A DNA stretch of 49,200 nucleotides from Patescibacteria group bacterium (GTDB taxonomy: Bacteria; Patescibacteriota; Minisyncoccia; Phycocordibacterales; UBA9973): the NCBI GenBank assembly GCA_040388095.1, contig JAZKCM010000001.1, forward strand, positions 74,620-123,819. Direction: 5' to 3'. This document shows, one piece after another, positions 25,304 through 34,538 of this stretch. Every line of letters starts with the position of its first letter. The stretch's first letter is position 1. The notes under the pieces are model-generated. The model was given only the letters and a program-made list of their open reading frames with translations, made no database searches and was not told the origin of the DNA. A program made the translations under genes and the position numbers.

Positions 25304-26617
25304 CTAAAGCTTATTTACCCATTCGACATCTTGCCTTACCAGAAGATTTTTTTTGTTTTTTATATCAAGAAGTATTGCTTCCACAGTACGCTCCATTCTC
25401 ATACCTTGAGATCCTTTTATGAGGATACAGTCCCCTTTTATGATAAAACTTTTTAAAAACTCACCTACTTCCCTTGAAGTATCAAATTCAAAAATATTAT
25501 CTTCTTTCATTCCAGCTTGAATTGCACCCTGTTTAATAAACTTTGCACGAGGTCCAACAACACACAAGATATCTATATTATTTTCTTTTACTAAAATACC
25601 AAGTGCATAGTGTGCTTCTTCTGTATGTTTACCTAATTCAAGCATATCACCCAATACAGCTATTTTTCTATTTATATGTTGTAAAATTCCAAGAGTTTTT
25701 AAAGCAGATGTTGTTGCAAATGGAGATGAATTGTAAGTGTCATCTAAAATAGAAGTATCATTGATACCAGAAAGTAAATGCATTCTACCCAAAGGAGCGT
25801 CGAATTTCTTTAAAGCATTTACAGTAGTAAGCAAATTTAATTTTTGACTAAAAGAAAATGTAATTGATGCAAGAGCAGAATAAATATGATTCTTACCAAA
25901 AACTCCATCCAACTGAACAGGCAGACTCTTTCCTTCAACATCAACTCGAAATGCAATACCGTCTGGTTTTATAATTTCTCCATTTTTGCCATCAGTATAA
26001 GAAATTTGTTCACTTGAAGCGACAACATCTGCATTTGAATTAAATCCATATGTAAAAAAAGTATGTTTAGAATTAACTTTCATATCAAGCACTGCATCAT
26101 CATCAGCATTCAAAATCAAAACACCATCTTTTTTTAAAGTCTTAATAAGTCCAGCTTTTTCTTTTATAAGGTGTTCTCGTGAATTAAAAAATTCTATATG
26201 TACAGGTAACTGCCCAATAGCAGTAATGACGACTACATCTGTTTTAAGCCAAAGTGCTGTACGCGCCATATCACCTGGTTTACCAACTCCAACTTCAAGA
26301 ACGAGCCATTCTGGATATGTATGTGGCCAAATAAAAAGCCATAAACCATAACAAAGATTTTTAAGCCAGCCGATAGGATGATCCCAAGCATTAGGAACTC
26401 CTAAAATTGTAAGAGGAAGACCGATCTCACTATTGTAACTCTTGTCACTCTTACGAATAAAATAAAATTGTGAGAGGGATTGATAGATTGCATCTTTAGT
26501 GGATGTTTTGCCGACAGTTCCTGTTATAGCGACAATACGAGGTTTGTATTTCCAAAGAATAAGTTTGGATTCAAGTATTAAAATAAATGTAACGATTTTT
26601 TTTAAATTATTTTTCAT
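25304..26617 (-). CDS. murF: UDP-N-acetylmuramoyl-tripeptide--D-alanyl-D-alanine ligase
   Basis: 437 aa. Mur ligase P-loop ITGTVGKTSTKD. dcw context. Confidence 0.88.
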   Translation of the reverse strand: MKNNLKKIVTFILILESKLILWKYKPRIVAITGTVGKTSTKDAIYQSLSQFYFIRKSDKSYNSEIGLPLTILGVPNAWDHPIGWLKNLCYGLWLFIWPHTYPEWLVLEVGVGKPGDMARTALWLKTDVVVITAIGQLPVHIEFFNSREHLIKEKAGLIKTLKKDGVLILNADDDAVLDMKVNSKHTFFTYGFNSNADVVASSEQISYTDGKNGEIIKPDGIAFRVDVEGKSLPVQLDGVFGKNHIYSALASITFSFSQKLNLLTTVNALKKFDAPLGRMHLLSGINDTSILDDTYNSSPFATTSALKTLGILQHINRKIAVLGDMLELGKHTEEAHYALGILVKENNIDILCVVGPRAKFIKQGAIQAGMKEDNIFEFDTSREVGEFLKSFIIKGDCILIKGSQGMRMERTVEAILLDIKNKKNLLVRQDVEWVNKL

Positions 26618-26622
26618 ATGTT

Positions 26623-28335
26623 TTATCTATCAGGTGGAACTTCATAATAATTGATCAGAAATTTAGTAATATCCAAAAATGGATCAGCCCAAGTCTGCGA
26701 TGCATAAGGCACACCTTTCGGATTGACTGCGTACAAGAAAACTAAAAATTTTGGATCATATGCAGGGAAATATCCGAAGAAAGAATGCGTATGCCTGTCC
26801 TCATAATACCCTCCGCCATTTTCTTTAGCAACTTGCGCAGTTCCTGTTTTTACTGCGACGCTATAGTGATCAAACTTTGCAAGTCCACCCTTGAGAGATT
26901 TATCCATTACTGTAACGAGCATACTAGTAATTGCTTCAGATGTTTTTTCTGAAAATTTTACTCTCTTTGTCGGGTAAGTTAATTCTTTTTTTGTACCATC
27001 TTCATATTTTATTTCTTTTACTAGATGAGGCACAACAAGGTTACCACCATTTCCAAGCGATGATAGTGCTCGTACTGCTTCTATCGGTGTAAGTGCAATA
27101 CCTTGACCGAATGCAGCATTGGCATATTCGAGATCACGCGGACTTTTTAAATTTGAAACTAAACCACTCGTTTCATTTGGTAAATCAATACCAGTTTTTT
27201 CGCCAATACCATAAGAAAGCATATAATCTCTCATATTTTCTTTTCCTAATTTACCTGCAACAAGAACCATACCAGTATTTAAAGATTGGTTCAATACATC
27301 TTGCATCGTCGTTCCTGGACCTCTTCCTTTTTTATCGAAATTATTAATCTGCTTTTTATCAATAATTACAAATCCTTTATCATCATAACTTGTTTTTACT
27401 GTAACAACTCCAGTATCGAGCCCTGCTGCCATAACGAGTGGTTTGATAATAGAACCAAATTCAAAAACATTTTCAACCATTTGATTAGTAAAAGTACTTG
27501 TTTGTTTCACTTCTCTAAAATTATTTGGATCAAAATTTGGCATTGCATCTATTGCATAAATAGATCCGTCACTTGGATTAATAATAATTCCTCCAAGTGA
27601 ATCAGTATTATATTTTGCTTGCACTTCTTTAAGTTTTTTAGACAAGAATTCTTGAGTTGCTGGTTCTATTGTTGTTATTACATCCCCAGCAGATTCTTTA
27701 TCAGATGACAATGAATCTTGTATATTAGAAAAAACTTCTGCAAAAAAATTAATGTATGGATTATCTATTCCTCGTGAGAGAATATTATTATACTGTCGTT
27801 CGAGCCCGTATCTTCCAGCAAGCTCATCGCCTTTAAATCCCACAAAACCAATTGTATGTGCAGCCATTGTACCTCCAGGATAAAATCTCCATTTTTCTTT
27901 ATAAATATGAACACCTGGAATATCTAAATTATTTATTTGGTCTGCTTGTTCTTTCGTTAGATGATTTGTGATTTCTTCATATGGATCATCTTTTTTTGAA
28001 GCTTTTGCCAAAAATGATTCTGTATCAATTAAAATAATTTCAGATAGTTTTTTTACCACACTATCAATATTTAATATCTCTTTCGGCGTAATAGTTAATT
28101 TAAATCCTGATGCTTGGACTGCACCAGAAACAAGGACACCATCCTTGCGTGTAAAGAAAATAGTGCCTCGTTCAAAAATATCGGTAGCTGGTGTGACATA
28201 CTGTCTATCAGCACGTTTACTATACGATGATTGATGGATAACTTGGACAAGAAAAAGCTTTGCTATTAAAATAAGTGCAAAGAATAATATAAAAAAAGAA
28301 AGTATTTTTATTCTATTTAGAAAACTAGAATTCAT
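26623..28335 (-). CDS. ftsI: Class B penicillin-binding protein (transpeptidase)
   Basis: 570 aa. SIIK (SxxK), SLN (SxN) and KTGT motifs, N-terminal TM. dcw context. Confidence 0.88.
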   Translation of the reverse strand: MNSSFLNRIKILSFFILFFALILIAKLFLVQVIHQSSYSKRADRQYVTPATDIFERGTIFFTRKDGVLVSGAVQASGFKLTITPKEILNIDSVVKKLSEIILIDTESFLAKASKKDDPYEEITNHLTKEQADQINNLDIPGVHIYKEKWRFYPGGTMAAHTIGFVGFKGDELAGRYGLERQYNNILSRGIDNPYINFFAEVFSNIQDSLSSDKESAGDVITTIEPATQEFLSKKLKEVQAKYNTDSLGGIIINPSDGSIYAIDAMPNFDPNNFREVKQTSTFTNQMVENVFEFGSIIKPLVMAAGLDTGVVTVKTSYDDKGFVIIDKKQINNFDKKGRGPGTTMQDVLNQSLNTGMVLVAGKLGKENMRDYMLSYGIGEKTGIDLPNETSGLVSNLKSPRDLEYANAAFGQGIALTPIEAVRALSSLGNGGNLVVPHLVKEIKYEDGTKKELTYPTKRVKFSEKTSEAITSMLVTVMDKSLKGGLAKFDHYSVAVKTGTAQVAKENGGGYYEDRHTHSFFGYFPAYDPKFLVFLYAVNPKGVPYASQTWADPFLDITKFLINYYEVPPDR

Positions 28336-28663
28336 TTTTAGCTATAGCTACAGAGCCTAAATTTTTACGATTAGCAAACTCTTTTTTTGTTTCTTTAAAA
28401 CCCAAAGAATATGCTAGATTAATGTCTATTTTATTTGAAAGTGATAAATATTCTAATTCTAGTGTTGATACTTGTGTATTAAGTTCTCTTGCTTGTGTTT
28501 CTAAATTTTTTCTAGAAACGATATTCCATACCATATTTATTAAAATAAACACATAACAAATAGCAAGAAAACCTGCTACATAAAGTAATATATTGAAAAA
28601 GCTTTTCTTAAAATTACTATTATTAACAATATTTGTATTTATTTTTAATGTTTGTGTAGTCAT
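28325..28663 (-). CDS. FtsL-like cell-division membrane protein
   Basis: 112 aa with a single TM followed by a coiled coil, located between rsmH and ftsI. Confidence 0.5.
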   Translation of the reverse strand: MTTQTLKINTNIVNNSNFKKSFFNILLYVAGFLAICYVFILINMVWNIVSRKNLETQARELNTQVSTLELEYLSLSNKIDINLAYSLGFKETKKEFANRKNLGSVAIAKNEF

Positions 28664-29572
28664 TTATATTTTTTCTATGATCCTTAATTTTGCACTTCTT
28701 GATCTTGGATTTTCTTTTATTTCTTGATCTGTCGCTGTAATCGGTTTTTTATTTATTAAAATTGCTTCACCTGCCTTTGCTTTTTCTCTAAAAAAATTCT
28801 TAACGATTCTATCCTCTAAACTATGAAATGATATAACCGACATTCTTCCTTTATTTTTCAAAACTTCAAACCCTTTTTCTAAACCATCCTGCAATGCGCC
28901 TAGTTCATCATTGACCGCAATACGGAGTGCTTGGAAAGTCTTTGTGGCTGGATTGATTCTTCCCTTTTTATACAGATTTGGGACTGATTTGTTGATAATA
29001 TCCACCAACTCAAATGTAGTCTGAATTTCCTTTAGCTTTCTTGCTTCGACTATTCCCTTGGCGATACGGCGAGAAAATTGTTCCTCACCATAACCATAGA
29101 TAATGTCTGCCAGATTCTCTTCTTCCCAAGAATTCACAATATCTTTTGCTGTTATATCTTCTGGAGAAGGATTTTCTTTCATTGTCATGAGAAGTGGTTC
29201 ATCTCTCATAAAAGAAAATCCTCGTCCGGAAACATCAAGCTGGTCAGAGCTCAAACCAAGATCCAAAATGATTCCATCAACTTTCTCAATACTTTCTTTT
29301 TCAAGAACTTTTCCTATATTCCTGAAATTATCGTTATGGAAAATAACTTTGCAATCTGAAACCTTGAATTTATCTTTCGCTTTTTCCCAAGCACCTTTAT
29401 CTTGATCAATAACGATCAACTTTGTTCCTGGAAACTTCTCGCAAATAAGAGCGCTATGCCCTCCTCCACCGAATGTACCGTCTACAACAAATGCATCTTT
29501 CGGAAGGTTCAACCCGTCAACTGTTTCTTGTAAAAGAACTGTCTTATGAACTGTTGCCATCTTATTTTCCAT
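28664..29572 (-). CDS. rsmH: 16S rRNA (cytosine1402-N4)-methyltransferase
   Basis: HKTVLLQETVDGL...DGTFGGGGHS...DLGLSSDQLD...SFHSLEDRIVK. Confidence 0.95.
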   Translation of the reverse strand: MENKMATVHKTVLLQETVDGLNLPKDAFVVDGTFGGGGHSALICEKFPGTKLIVIDQDKGAWEKAKDKFKVSDCKVIFHNDNFRNIGKVLEKESIEKVDGIILDLGLSSDQLDVSGRGFSFMRDEPLLMTMKENPSPEDITAKDIVNSWEEENLADIIYGYGEEQFSRRIAKGIVEARKLKEIQTTFELVDIINKSVPNLYKKGRINPATKTFQALRIAVNDELGALQDGLEKGFEVLKNKGRMSVISFHSLEDRIVKNFFREKAKAGEAILINKKPITATDQEIKENPRSRSAKLRIIEKI

Positions 29573-30002
29573 CTGCTAATTTCTCTGCTAAAGCTCCGGC
29601 TGTCTTTTCTGCATCTGTTTTGTATGCATTCCATGCCTTGTCATTCCAGATTTCAACTCTATCACCTACTCCGACAAGTGCTGCTTTACCTTTAAGACCA
29701 ATACGATCTTTTAAGAAATCAGGTATAAGGATTCTTCCAATAGAATCTACTTCTACATCAGCGGCACGCCCAAGCATAAAACGATTGAAATTTCTTTTGT
29801 CAGCTTTGAGAAATGAAAGTTCATTTTCATTGTTGGTCAATCGATTTGAAACCTTGTTCCATTCTTTGATTGTGAAAATGAACAAACATTGGTCTGGTGC
29901 GGGAGCGATCACGACATTTTTACCCATTTCTTTTCGAAACTTTGCTGGAAGCGATACTCTATTCTTGTCATCTATTGTGTGTATGTATTCGCCAATTAGC
30001 AT
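29562..30002 (-). CDS. mraZ: Transcriptional regulator MraZ
   Basis: MLIGEYIHTIDDKNRVSLPAKFR and a second SpoVT/AbrB repeat (VEVDSIGRILIPDFL). ATG at 30002; the longer ORF uses a GTG inside an MraZ box. Confidence 0.93.
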   Translation of the reverse strand: MLIGEYIHTIDDKNRVSLPAKFRKEMGKNVVIAPAPDQCLFIFTIKEWNKVSNRLTNNENELSFLKADKRNFNRFMLGRAADVEVDSIGRILIPDFLKDRIGLKGKAALVGVGDRVEIWNDKAWNAYKTDAEKTAGALAEKLADGK

Positions 30003-30021
30003 AAGGTTTAAAAATTGATTT

Positions 30022-30067
30022 CCCACTTCTTCCCACCTGATATATATTATAAACCACTCTATCCCAC
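30022..30067 (-). promoter_or_regulatory. Four phased GTGGG/GTGGT boxes (MraZ operator-like) bracketing a TATAAT -10 box at 30046..30051
   Basis: Plus-strand cccac at 30022, 30032 and 30063, and accac at 30053. Spacing is 10, 21 and 10 nt. Confidence 0.55.
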
Positions 30068-30076
30068 ATTGCTATC

Positions 30077-30101
30077 TTATCCATAGAAAATATGTGGATA
30101 A
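30077..30101. promoter_or_regulatory. Inverted pair of DnaA-box-like 9-mers
   Basis: ttatccata (8/9) - 7 nt - tgtggataa (exact reverse complement of TTATCCACA). Confidence 0.3.
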
Positions 30102-30118
30102 CTTGCAATAGAATAAAT

Positions 30119-30146
30119 TTGCTTTATTTAAATTTTATGTTATAGT
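30119..30146 (+). promoter_or_regulatory. Putative promoter of the small-ORF pair (TTGCTT-16-TGt-TATAGT)
   Basis: Hexamers at 30119..30124 and 30141..30146. Confidence 0.35.
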
Positions 30147-30193
30147 TAATTAGAAATAACTCATTGAAATATTCACTTAAAAAAAATAGAAAA

Positions 30194-30502
30194 ATGAAAA
30201 AAGAAATACTAACAAATGGAAACCTACATGAAGGAAAATGGATTTTATCTGTAATTACAGAAGAAGAACCTCAAAAAAATCCTGAAGAGAATAGGAAAAT
30301 AAAAGCACTCTACTTCCTTACAAAATACGATTCAAAAAAAGAACCAAATTGGGAAACAAAAGCTCTAAATGAAGAAGCTATTGGCTTAATTAATGGAAAA
30401 CATTTAGGAAATCCTGCTGAGCCAATACTTTTTGGAGAAGTTATTTTAAGAAGATTCCCTGAGTACACTACAAACACTTTGTTGGAAGTTCAAAAACAAT
30501 AA
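30194..30502 (+). CDS. Hypothetical protein, about 102 aa
   Basis: ORF only, charged and soluble, AT-rich. ATG at 30194 is preferred over the TTG at 30164. Confidence 0.45.
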   Translation: MKKEILTNGNLHEGKWILSVITEEEPQKNPEENRKIKALYFLTKYDSKKEPNWETKALNEEAIGLINGKHLGNPAEPILFGEVILRRFPEYTTNTLLEVQKQ

Positions 30503-30506
30503 CCAT

Positions 30507-30797
30507 ATGGAAAAAGAAGAAATTCCTGAAAAGCCTTGGGTAATAACTTTACATATAAGTAAATGGAAAGCAGGAGGAGAATTTATGCTTACTAAAGATC
30601 TTGGCAACGAATATCAGAAAGATAAACTTCCTGCAAAAATAAAAGAGGAACTTTTAAAATATTTCGAAAAAGGTTTAATGGGAAGATACTTGATTATAAA
30701 TGGTGCGAAGAAACACGAACTAATGTATCGATTTATTTATATTGATACAATCGAGTATCTCAAAACTATGAAAGAAAATAGCCCTAACTTAAAATAA
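30507..30797 (+). CDS. Hypothetical protein, 96 aa
   Basis: ORF only. Starts 4 nt after the preceding stop. Its stop lies in the loop of the terminator hairpin. Confidence 0.45.
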   Translation: MEKEEIPEKPWVITLHISKWKAGGEFMLTKDLGNEYQKDKLPAKIKEELLKYFEKGLMGRYLIINGAKKHELMYRFIYIDTIEYLKTMKENSPNLK

Positions 30798-30809
30798 AGT
30801 TAGGGCTAT
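30778..30809. terminator. Bidirectional intrinsic terminator (perfect 13-bp stem)
   Basis: atagccctaactt-aaaata-aagttagggctat with T-rich and A-rich flanks, between convergent genes. Confidence 0.7.
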
Positions 30810-30823
30810 TTTAATTTGTCTTT

Positions 30824-32311
30824 TTAATTTTCGTTCTTAGGTCTCATTATTGGGAAGAAAATAGTTTCCCGTAGATTTTTCTGTTCAGTAAATATTGCCA
30901 CAAGCCTGTCTATGCCCATACCGAAGCCTGTCATCTGTGGCATACCGTATTCCATAGCAGTCAAAAATTCTTCATCGATTTCCATCGCTTCTTTGTCACC
31001 CATTTCTTTTGCTTTGGATTGTAAGGTAAGTAATTCTCTTTGTTTTATCGGATCAACTAATTCAGAATACTGATTTGTTATCTCTGCTCCAGCAATGATA
31101 AGCTGAGCAACTTTCGCAGTACCATCTTCATTTTGATTTGCGAGTGGTTTCAATGCTCCAGGATAGTCTATGACAAATGTCGGGTTTATGAGTTTCGGAC
31201 GAGCAGTGTGTTTATATACGAAATCAAGTAAATTGGCTCTACTTGTGTTTTTAGATAATTCATTTTCCATTCCATATTTAACTGCTTCTTTTTTCAAATC
31301 AGCATCTGAAATATCCTGCATATCTACATCAGCATGTTCCTTTAATAAATCAGCAAATGGAACTCGTGGCCAAATACCAGCGAAATCAACTTCGACTTCA
31401 TTTTCATCTTTATCAAAAACTTTAAATCTATCTTTGCCGACGACATTGAGAGCAAGATGTTTTAAAAGTTTTTCTGTCCAAGAAATATTTTCTTCCAGTG
31501 TGTGATATGCGCTGTACCATTCCATCATCGTAAATTCTTGTATATGTGTTGGGTCAGAACCTTCATTTCTGAAATTTTTACCGATTTCATATAATGCCGG
31601 AATACCAGAAGCCATAAGCATTTTGTGTTCTATTTCAAGAGAAATACGCAATTTCATATCGATATCTAGATCATTGTGATGAGTAACAAATGGTTCTGCC
31701 ATTGCACCACCAGCATTATTCTTGAGTATTGGAGTTTCAATTTCTAAAAATCCTAAATCATCGAAAAACTTTCTTATTTCTTTTACCACCCTAGAACGCA
31801 ATACAAACCTGTCTCTGACATCTGTATCGGTTAAGATTTCTAAATATCTTTTTCTATGACGTTCTTCTGTATCAGTCAATCCATGCCATTTTTCTGGAAG
31901 CGGAAGGAGGGTTTTAGTCAGCATATGCCACTCTTTGGCTTGGATTGTTTTCTCTCCCCTATTTGTCGTAAAGAAAAACCCTTTCACTTCAATAAAATCT
32001 CCGATGTCTGTAGAATCAACGAAAAGATTAAAGATTTCCTCATCAATCTCATCTTTTTTAAAAAGTGCCTGGAAAGATCCTGTACCGTCATTGAGTGTAA
32101 GAAAAATAATTGCGCCTTGACCACGAAGTGACATTATTCTTCCAGAAATCCACATTTCTTTTTTATTATTTTCTAAATTAGAAAAACCAGAGATGACATC
32201 ATTTATTGATATCTCTCTAAAAGATTCTGCAGGATATGGATTAACGCCCTTACTTTTGAGTAATTCGAGTTTTTTTATTCTGATGTCTTTAAGTTCTTGT
32301 ATAGATGGCAT
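30824..32311 (-). CDS. lysS: Lysine--tRNA ligase (class II)
   Basis: 495 aa. OB-fold N-terminal domain and class II motifs (FLEIETPIL, ...FRNEG..., GMGIDRL). Confidence 0.95.
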   Translation of the reverse strand: MPSIQELKDIRIKKLELLKSKGVNPYPAESFREISINDVISGFSNLENNKKEMWISGRIMSLRGQGAIIFLTLNDGTGSFQALFKKDEIDEEIFNLFVDSTDIGDFIEVKGFFFTTNRGEKTIQAKEWHMLTKTLLPLPEKWHGLTDTEERHRKRYLEILTDTDVRDRFVLRSRVVKEIRKFFDDLGFLEIETPILKNNAGGAMAEPFVTHHNDLDIDMKLRISLEIEHKMLMASGIPALYEIGKNFRNEGSDPTHIQEFTMMEWYSAYHTLEENISWTEKLLKHLALNVVGKDRFKVFDKDENEVEVDFAGIWPRVPFADLLKEHADVDMQDISDADLKKEAVKYGMENELSKNTSRANLLDFVYKHTARPKLINPTFVIDYPGALKPLANQNEDGTAKVAQLIIAGAEITNQYSELVDPIKQRELLTLQSKAKEMGDKEAMEIDEEFLTAMEYGMPQMTGFGMGIDRLVAIFTEQKNLRETIFFPIMRPKNEN

Positions 32312-32319
32312 TTTAAAAA

Positions 32320-32784
32320 TTAAGATACATCTATGATTTTATAATTTACAATTCCATTTGGTGTCGTAAATGACACTGTGTCATTTTTCTTTTTACCAAA
32401 AAGTGCGACTCCAAAAGGAGAATGATTTGAAATTTTACCTCCTAAAGAATCTGCTTCTTCTGAACCGACAATAATGTATGTTTTTGTTTCAACACCACCT
32501 TCCTTTTGAACGATGACGGTAGAGCCAACTTCAACACTGTCACCTCTTTTACCAGAGACGATAGTAGAATTTTGTAAAATGCTTTCAATTTTTAAAATAC
32601 GTTCTTCAAGTTTACCTTGATCTTCACGAGCCTGGTGATATTCAGCATTCTCTGAAAGATCACCAAGAGATTTTGCAAATTCCAATGACTCAATAACTTC
32701 TTTTCTTCTTGGACCTTTCAAATCAGCCAATTCTTGGATCAGTTCTTTTCTTTTTTCTTCTGTAATATAATCTGTCTGTTGCAT
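32320..32784 (-). CDS. greA: Transcription elongation factor GreA
   Basis: 154 aa. LGDLSENAEYHQARE finger tip and a C-terminal FKBP-like domain. Confidence 0.93.
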   Translation of the reverse strand: MQQTDYITEEKRKELIQELADLKGPRRKEVIESLEFAKSLGDLSENAEYHQAREDQGKLEERILKIESILQNSTIVSGKRGDSVEVGSTVIVQKEGGVETKTYIIVGSEEADSLGGKISNHSPFGVALFGKKKNDTVSFTTPNGIVNYKIIDVS

Positions 32785-32790
32785 ACCTAT

Positions 32791-32796
32791 AATATA
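32791..32796 (-). promoter_or_regulatory. -10 box TATATT 6 nt upstream of the greA ATG
   Basis: Minus strand reads TATATT-ataggt-ATG. Confidence 0.35.
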
Positions 32797-32827
32797 GCTT
32801 TTTTAGGGCTAAAAATCAAACTAGAAG

Positions 32828-34000
32828 CTACATTTTAACTCCTCCACCCAAACAGGTGTTTTCATCATAAAAAACAACCGATTGGCCTGGTGCAACAAGC
32901 ACTTCTTTATCAAAAACAACTTCTACCTTATTTTTAGTTATATTTTTCAGTATACAAGATAAAAATTCTCCATGATAACGGACTTGCGCATCATATTTTT
33001 TACCTTCAATTGGAAGACCTGAAACCCAATTTATATCTTTCAAAGAAAATACACTATTTTCAGAAACGTGGGTTCCCTGTCCTATGTCTCCAAGGGCGAA
33101 GTTGGGAAAATAGTGTATTGATTTGTTTTGAGATACTACCAAGATATTTTTTTTCAAATCTTTTGCAACAACATAATATGCCCCGTCATTTGGGGTTTTT
33201 TCTGTAATAGTAAACCCATGCCTTTCGCCAAGTGTATGGAAAACTGCGCCATCATGATATCCTATTTCTTCTCCTTTTTCATTTAAAACTTTACCATTTT
33301 TTGAATCTATGTAATGTTTTAAAAATTCTTTTATATCGACATCACCCAAGAAGCATATTCCCTGGCTATCTTTCTTTTCAGCGACAGGAAGCTTAAATTT
33401 CTTAGCGAGCTTTCGAACTTCAGCTTTGGGTAAATGCCCGACTGGAAATAAAATTTTAGATAATTGCTCTTGGGTTAATGTCCAAAGAAAATAACTTTGG
33501 TCTTTTGATGGGTCATTACCTTTCTTTAAATTAAATTCTTCAGAGATTTTTGAATGGTCTGGTGACTTACCCCGAGGACCTGAAAAAATCTCTGAAGAAT
33601 TTATTGCATAATGTCCTGTCGCAACAAAATCTGCTCCCATAGAAAGTGCTTTATTTAAAAATGCTCCGAATTTGACTTCACGATTACACATCACGTCAGG
33701 ATTTGGTGTCCGCCCGAGCTTGTATTCGGAAATCATATAGTCTGCAACACCTTGTTTGTATTCTTTTTCAAAGTCATATGTAAGAAATGGAATGTCGAGC
33801 TGTGCAGCATTGCGCATAGCGTCGCGGCGCTCTTCTTCTTCATTACACACTAAAAAATCTGGATGCCAGGTCTTAATAAAAACGCCAACGACATTGTATC
33901 CTTGATCTTTTAAAATAGCCGCGGATACGGAAGAATCCACTCCGCCAGACATACCCACAAAGACAGTTTTATTCTTATTTTTATTAGTTTTTATCGTCAC
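32828..34000 (-). CDS. mnmA: tRNA 2-thiouridine(34) synthase MnmA (GTG start)
   Basis: PP-loop VGMSGGVDSSVSA, ...GRTPNPDVMCN..., ATGHYA. Confidence 0.92.
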   Translation of the reverse strand: MTIKTNKNKNKTVFVGMSGGVDSSVSAAILKDQGYNVVGVFIKTWHPDFLVCNEEEERRDAMRNAAQLDIPFLTYDFEKEYKQGVADYMISEYKLGRTPNPDVMCNREVKFGAFLNKALSMGADFVATGHYAINSSEIFSGPRGKSPDHSKISEEFNLKKGNDPSKDQSYFLWTLTQEQLSKILFPVGHLPKAEVRKLAKKFKLPVAEKKDSQGICFLGDVDIKEFLKHYIDSKNGKVLNEKGEEIGYHDGAVFHTLGERHGFTITEKTPNDGAYYVVAKDLKKNILVVSQNKSIHYFPNFALGDIGQGTHVSENSVFSLKDINWVSGLPIEGKKYDAQVRYHGEFLSCILKNITKNKVEVVFDKEVLVAPGQSVVFYDENTCLGGGVKM

Positions 34001-34009
34001 GATTTTATA

Positions 34010-34537
34010 CTACAAACTCATTAGCTTTTTGTAAAGCTCAAATGTAGCTCGTGCATCTGAAAGTGCTGTGTGAGCATTTTCATTTTTTATATCAAAATAT
34101 TTGCACATCTCACGAAGGGAGAAATGAATGAAAGATTCATCTTTGTGGAATCTCGCCCATGCTATGGATATCGTATCGAGTTTATGATAATGAAAGCTAT
34201 TTGGTATTTCAGTCTTCAGAAAATTATAATCTAAAAAAGATGAATCAAAAGCAATATTCTGCCCGACCATAATACAGTCTTTTATCTTATCAGAAAGTAT
34301 CTTCATTGCTTCAGGTAAAGTATATGCAAAAGTCCAATCTTCTTCGTTATACTTATTTACTTTTAAAGCTACAGGATCTGCATTTCCTATGTGTTCTGGT
34401 TTTATCTTTAATTCAAATTCTTCCAATACTTCTAGATCTGAAGTCGTGATAACACAACCAATAGCAATAATCTCGTGTGCAATTACATCGAGTCCAGTCG
34501 TTTCTATATCAATAAAAGCTAAATTATGTTTTCTCAT
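34010..34537 (-). CDS. DEDDh 3'-5' exonuclease (DnaQ/epsilon-like)
   Basis: FIDIETTGLD, VGQNIAFDSSFL, HTALSDARAT. Confidence 0.8.
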   Translation of the reverse strand: MRKHNLAFIDIETTGLDVIAHEIIAIGCVITTSDLEVLEEFELKIKPEHIGNADPVALKVNKYNEEDWTFAYTLPEAMKILSDKIKDCIMVGQNIAFDSSFLDYNFLKTEIPNSFHYHKLDTISIAWARFHKDESFIHFSLREMCKYFDIKNENAHTALSDARATFELYKKLMSL

Positions 34538-34538
34538 A

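Noticed and set aside
30027-30163. Replication origin at the divergent spacers carrying DnaA-like boxes (here) or at the major strand switch (43171-43207).
   Set aside because: Only two boxes are present, there is no AT-rich unwinding element cluster, and dnaA/dnaN are not nearby. The 43171-43207 spacer is only 37 bp. The plus-strand block at 30194-30797 is a 0.6-kb interruption, not a true strand switch.
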